A stretch of DNA of 64,000 nucleotides from an uncultured Clostridia bacterium (GTDB taxonomy: Bacteria > Bacillota > Clostridia > Christensenellales > CAG-917): positions 9,817-73,816 of the forward strand of contig CASDRL010000036.1 of the NCBI GenBank assembly GCA_949283145.1. The letters are read 5' to 3'. The notes under the pieces were generated by a model. It had not been told where the DNA came from. It saw only the letters and a program-made list of their open reading frames with translations, and ran no database searches. The translations under genes were made by a program, and so were the position numbers. Shown in pieces: positions 62,226 through 64,000 of the stretch (within the stretch, counting starts at the first letter, position 1; each line of letters starts with the position of its first letter).

Positions 62226-64000
62226 TTACTGTTTGTTTTTAAATTGCTGCTTCATACGCTCACTCCCCGAAAGTATGACCTTCCTTATCCTGAGGTGCAG
62301 GGGGGTGACTTCGAGCATTTCGTCGTCGTTCAAAAATTCGAGGGATTCCTCAAGGCTGAATTTGCGGGGGGTATTGAGACGAAGGGCTTCATCGGAGCCT
62401 GCGGCGCGCATGTTGGTGACGTGCTTGCGCTTGCAGACGTTGACGCGGATGTCCTCTGCCTTCGGCGACATGCCCACCACCATGCCCTCATAGACCATGG
62501 TCTGCGGATCGATGAAGAGGGTGCCGCGCTCCTGCGCGTTGAAGAGCCCGTAAGTCGCCGCCTCGCCCGTCTCGAACGCGACGAGGGAGCCTGTAAATCT
62601 GCGCTGTATCGGTCCCTTGTAGGGCGCGTAGCCCTCGAAGAGCTGGTTCATCACGCCCTCGCCCTTGGTGTCGGTGAGGAACTCGTTCTTGAAGCCGAAC
62701 AGCCCGCGGGAGGGGACGATGAACTCCATCCTGATGCGGCTGCCCTTGGGCTCCATGGTGACGAGCTCGCCCTTTCTCACGCCCATACGCTCCATGACGG
62801 AGCCCACGCACTCGGAGGGGACGTCGATGAAGAGGCGTTCCATAGGCTCGCACTTCTCGCCGTCGATGGTGCGGAAGATGACCTGCGGGGTGCCGACGCC
62901 GAACTCGTAGCCCTCCCTGCGCATAGTCTCGATGAGGATGCTGAGGTGCATCTCTCCCCTGCCGCACACCTTGAAGGTATCCGGGCTCTCCGTCTGGTAG
63001 ACCCTGAGCGAGACGTCTTTCAAAAGCTCGCGGAAGAGCCTGTCACGAAGCTGGCGCGAGGTGACGAACTTGCCCTCTTTGCCCGCGAAGGGACTGTCGT
63101 TGACGGAGAAGTTCATCTCGATGGTGGGCTCGCCGATCTTGACAAAGGGGACGGGATCTATCTTCCCCGGCACGCAGAGCGTGTTGCCGATGGTGATGTT
63201 CTCTATGCCGCTGAAACACACGATGTCCCCCACCTGCGCCTCCTCGACGGGGGTGCGCTTGAGCCCTTCGATCTGGAAGAGCGTCACCACCTTGCTCTTA
63301 TAAGGCGAGAGACCGGTGTAGTCGCACACCATCACCTCTTCGCCCACCTTGACGGTGCCGCGCTCTATCTTGCCGATGCCGATACGCCCGACATAGTCGT
63401 TGTAATCGATGGCGGAGACGAGCAGCTGCAAGTCGCCCTCGGGGTCTCCCTCGGGGGGCTCGATGTAGTTCAGGATGGTCTCAAAGAGGGGCTTGAGATC
63501 GGTGCCGGGCACATTGTAGTCCCTCGTCGCGGTGGCGTTCTTCCCGGAACAATAAAGGATGGGGCTCATGAGCTGTTCATCGTCGGCGCCGAGGTCGAGA
63601 AGGAGCTCCAGCACCTCGTCGCCCACCTCGGAAAGACGCGCGTCGGGACGGTCGATCTTGTTGACAACGATGATGATCCTGAGCCCGAGTTCCAACGCCT
63701 TCTCGACGACGAAACGGGTCTGCGGCATGGGACCTTCCGCCGCGTCCACGAGCAGGATGACCCCGCTCACCATCTTGAGGACGCGCTCCACCTCGCCCGA
63801 GAAATCCGCGTGTCCCGGGGTGTCGATGATGTTGATCTTCACGCCGCCCCAATGCACGGAGGTGTTCTTCGCGAGGATGGTGATGCCGCGCTCGCGTTCG
63901 AGCGCGCCGGAGTCCATGACGCAGGTCTGCACCTGCTGATTGTCACGGAAGGTGCCGGACTGACGGAGCATCCCGTCCACCAGCGTGGTCTTGCCGTGGT
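62226..64000 (-). CDS. typA: translational GTPase TypA/BipA; partial, N-terminus beyond window end
   Basis: The frame stays open to nt 64000 (..HGKTTLVDGMLRQSGTFRDN..), so the track start at 63980 is internal. Motifs DTPGHADF, NKIDR. Confidence 0.95.
   Translation of the reverse strand, partial: HGKTTLVDGMLRQSGTFRDNQQVQTCVMDSGALERERGITILAKNTSVHWGGVKINIIDTPGHADFSGEVERVLKMVSGVILLVDAAEGPMPQTRFVVEKALELGLRIIIVVNKIDRPDARLSEVGDEVLELLLDLGADDEQLMSPILYCSGKNATATRDYNVPGTDLKPLFETILNYIEPPEGDPEGDLQLLVSAIDYNDYVGRIGIGKIERGTVKVGEEVMVCDYTGLSPYKSKVVTLFQIEGLKRTPVEEAQVGDIVCFSGIENITIGNTLCVPGKIDPVPFVKIGEPTIEMNFSVNDSPFAGKEGKFVTSRQLRDRLFRELLKDVSLRVYQTESPDTFKVCGRGEMHLSILIETMRREGYEFGVGTPQVIFRTIDGEKCEPMERLFIDVPSECVGSVMERMGVRKGELVTMEPKGSRIRMEFIVPSRGLFGFKNEFLTDTKGEGVMNQLFEGYAPYKGPIQRRFTGSLVAFETGEAATYGLFNAQERGTLFIDPQTMVYEGMVVGMSPKAEDIRVNVCKRKHVTNMRAAGSDEALRLNTPRKFSLEESLEFLNDDEMLEVTPLHLRIRKVILSGSERMKQQFKNKQ

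Overview
The window looks like a 64-kb chromosomal segment from a high-GC, Firmicutes/Clostridia-like bacterium. That placement is an inference from the T-box leader, AGGAGG-type RBSs, lipobox lipoproteins and TTGACA/TATAAT promoters. I support about 50 CDS, one tRNA-Thr(GGU) and one tmRNA (ssrA). Many long ORFs in the track are antisense shadow ORFs, typical of GC-rich DNA, and I ignored them.

Housekeeping content:
- T-box-controlled TrpB2-type tryptophan synthase beta
- amino-acid ABC importer
- MerR/MATE divergent pair
- stand-alone GMP-synthase ATP-pyrophosphatase subunit
- heterodimeric ABC exporter
- complete glycine-cleavage operon (lplA-lpdA-gcvT-gcvH-gcvPA-gcvPB)
- patatin-polA-coaE operon
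- gpmI, a P-type ATPase and typA

Most unusual observations:
1. Duplicates of the 3' ends of both tRNA-Thr and ssrA start inside the T-loop. Both are abutted by the same conserved arm (CGCTATTCCGTCGC..GCTCCTTACAA). They sit in a mosaic, ORF-free repeat landscape with no integrase.
2. A minus-strand gene string runs from an ABC ATPase and a 568-aa polytopic membrane protein into two tandem ~970-aa membrane-anchored Big_2/beta-helix paralogues. Four 11-bp-phased repeats lie upstream.
3. An internally duplicated DUF1538-like membrane protein is followed by two PII-like genes.
4. The amino-acid-binding lipoprotein appears circularly permuted, and its cognate ATPase carries a ~75-aa coiled-coil insertion.
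5. A dispersed hairpin repeat family (GGTCACGTAC-N6-GTACGCTCC) and a 114-bp tandem repeat occupy convergent intergenic regions.

All family assignments come from reading the motifs by eye. No database search was run.
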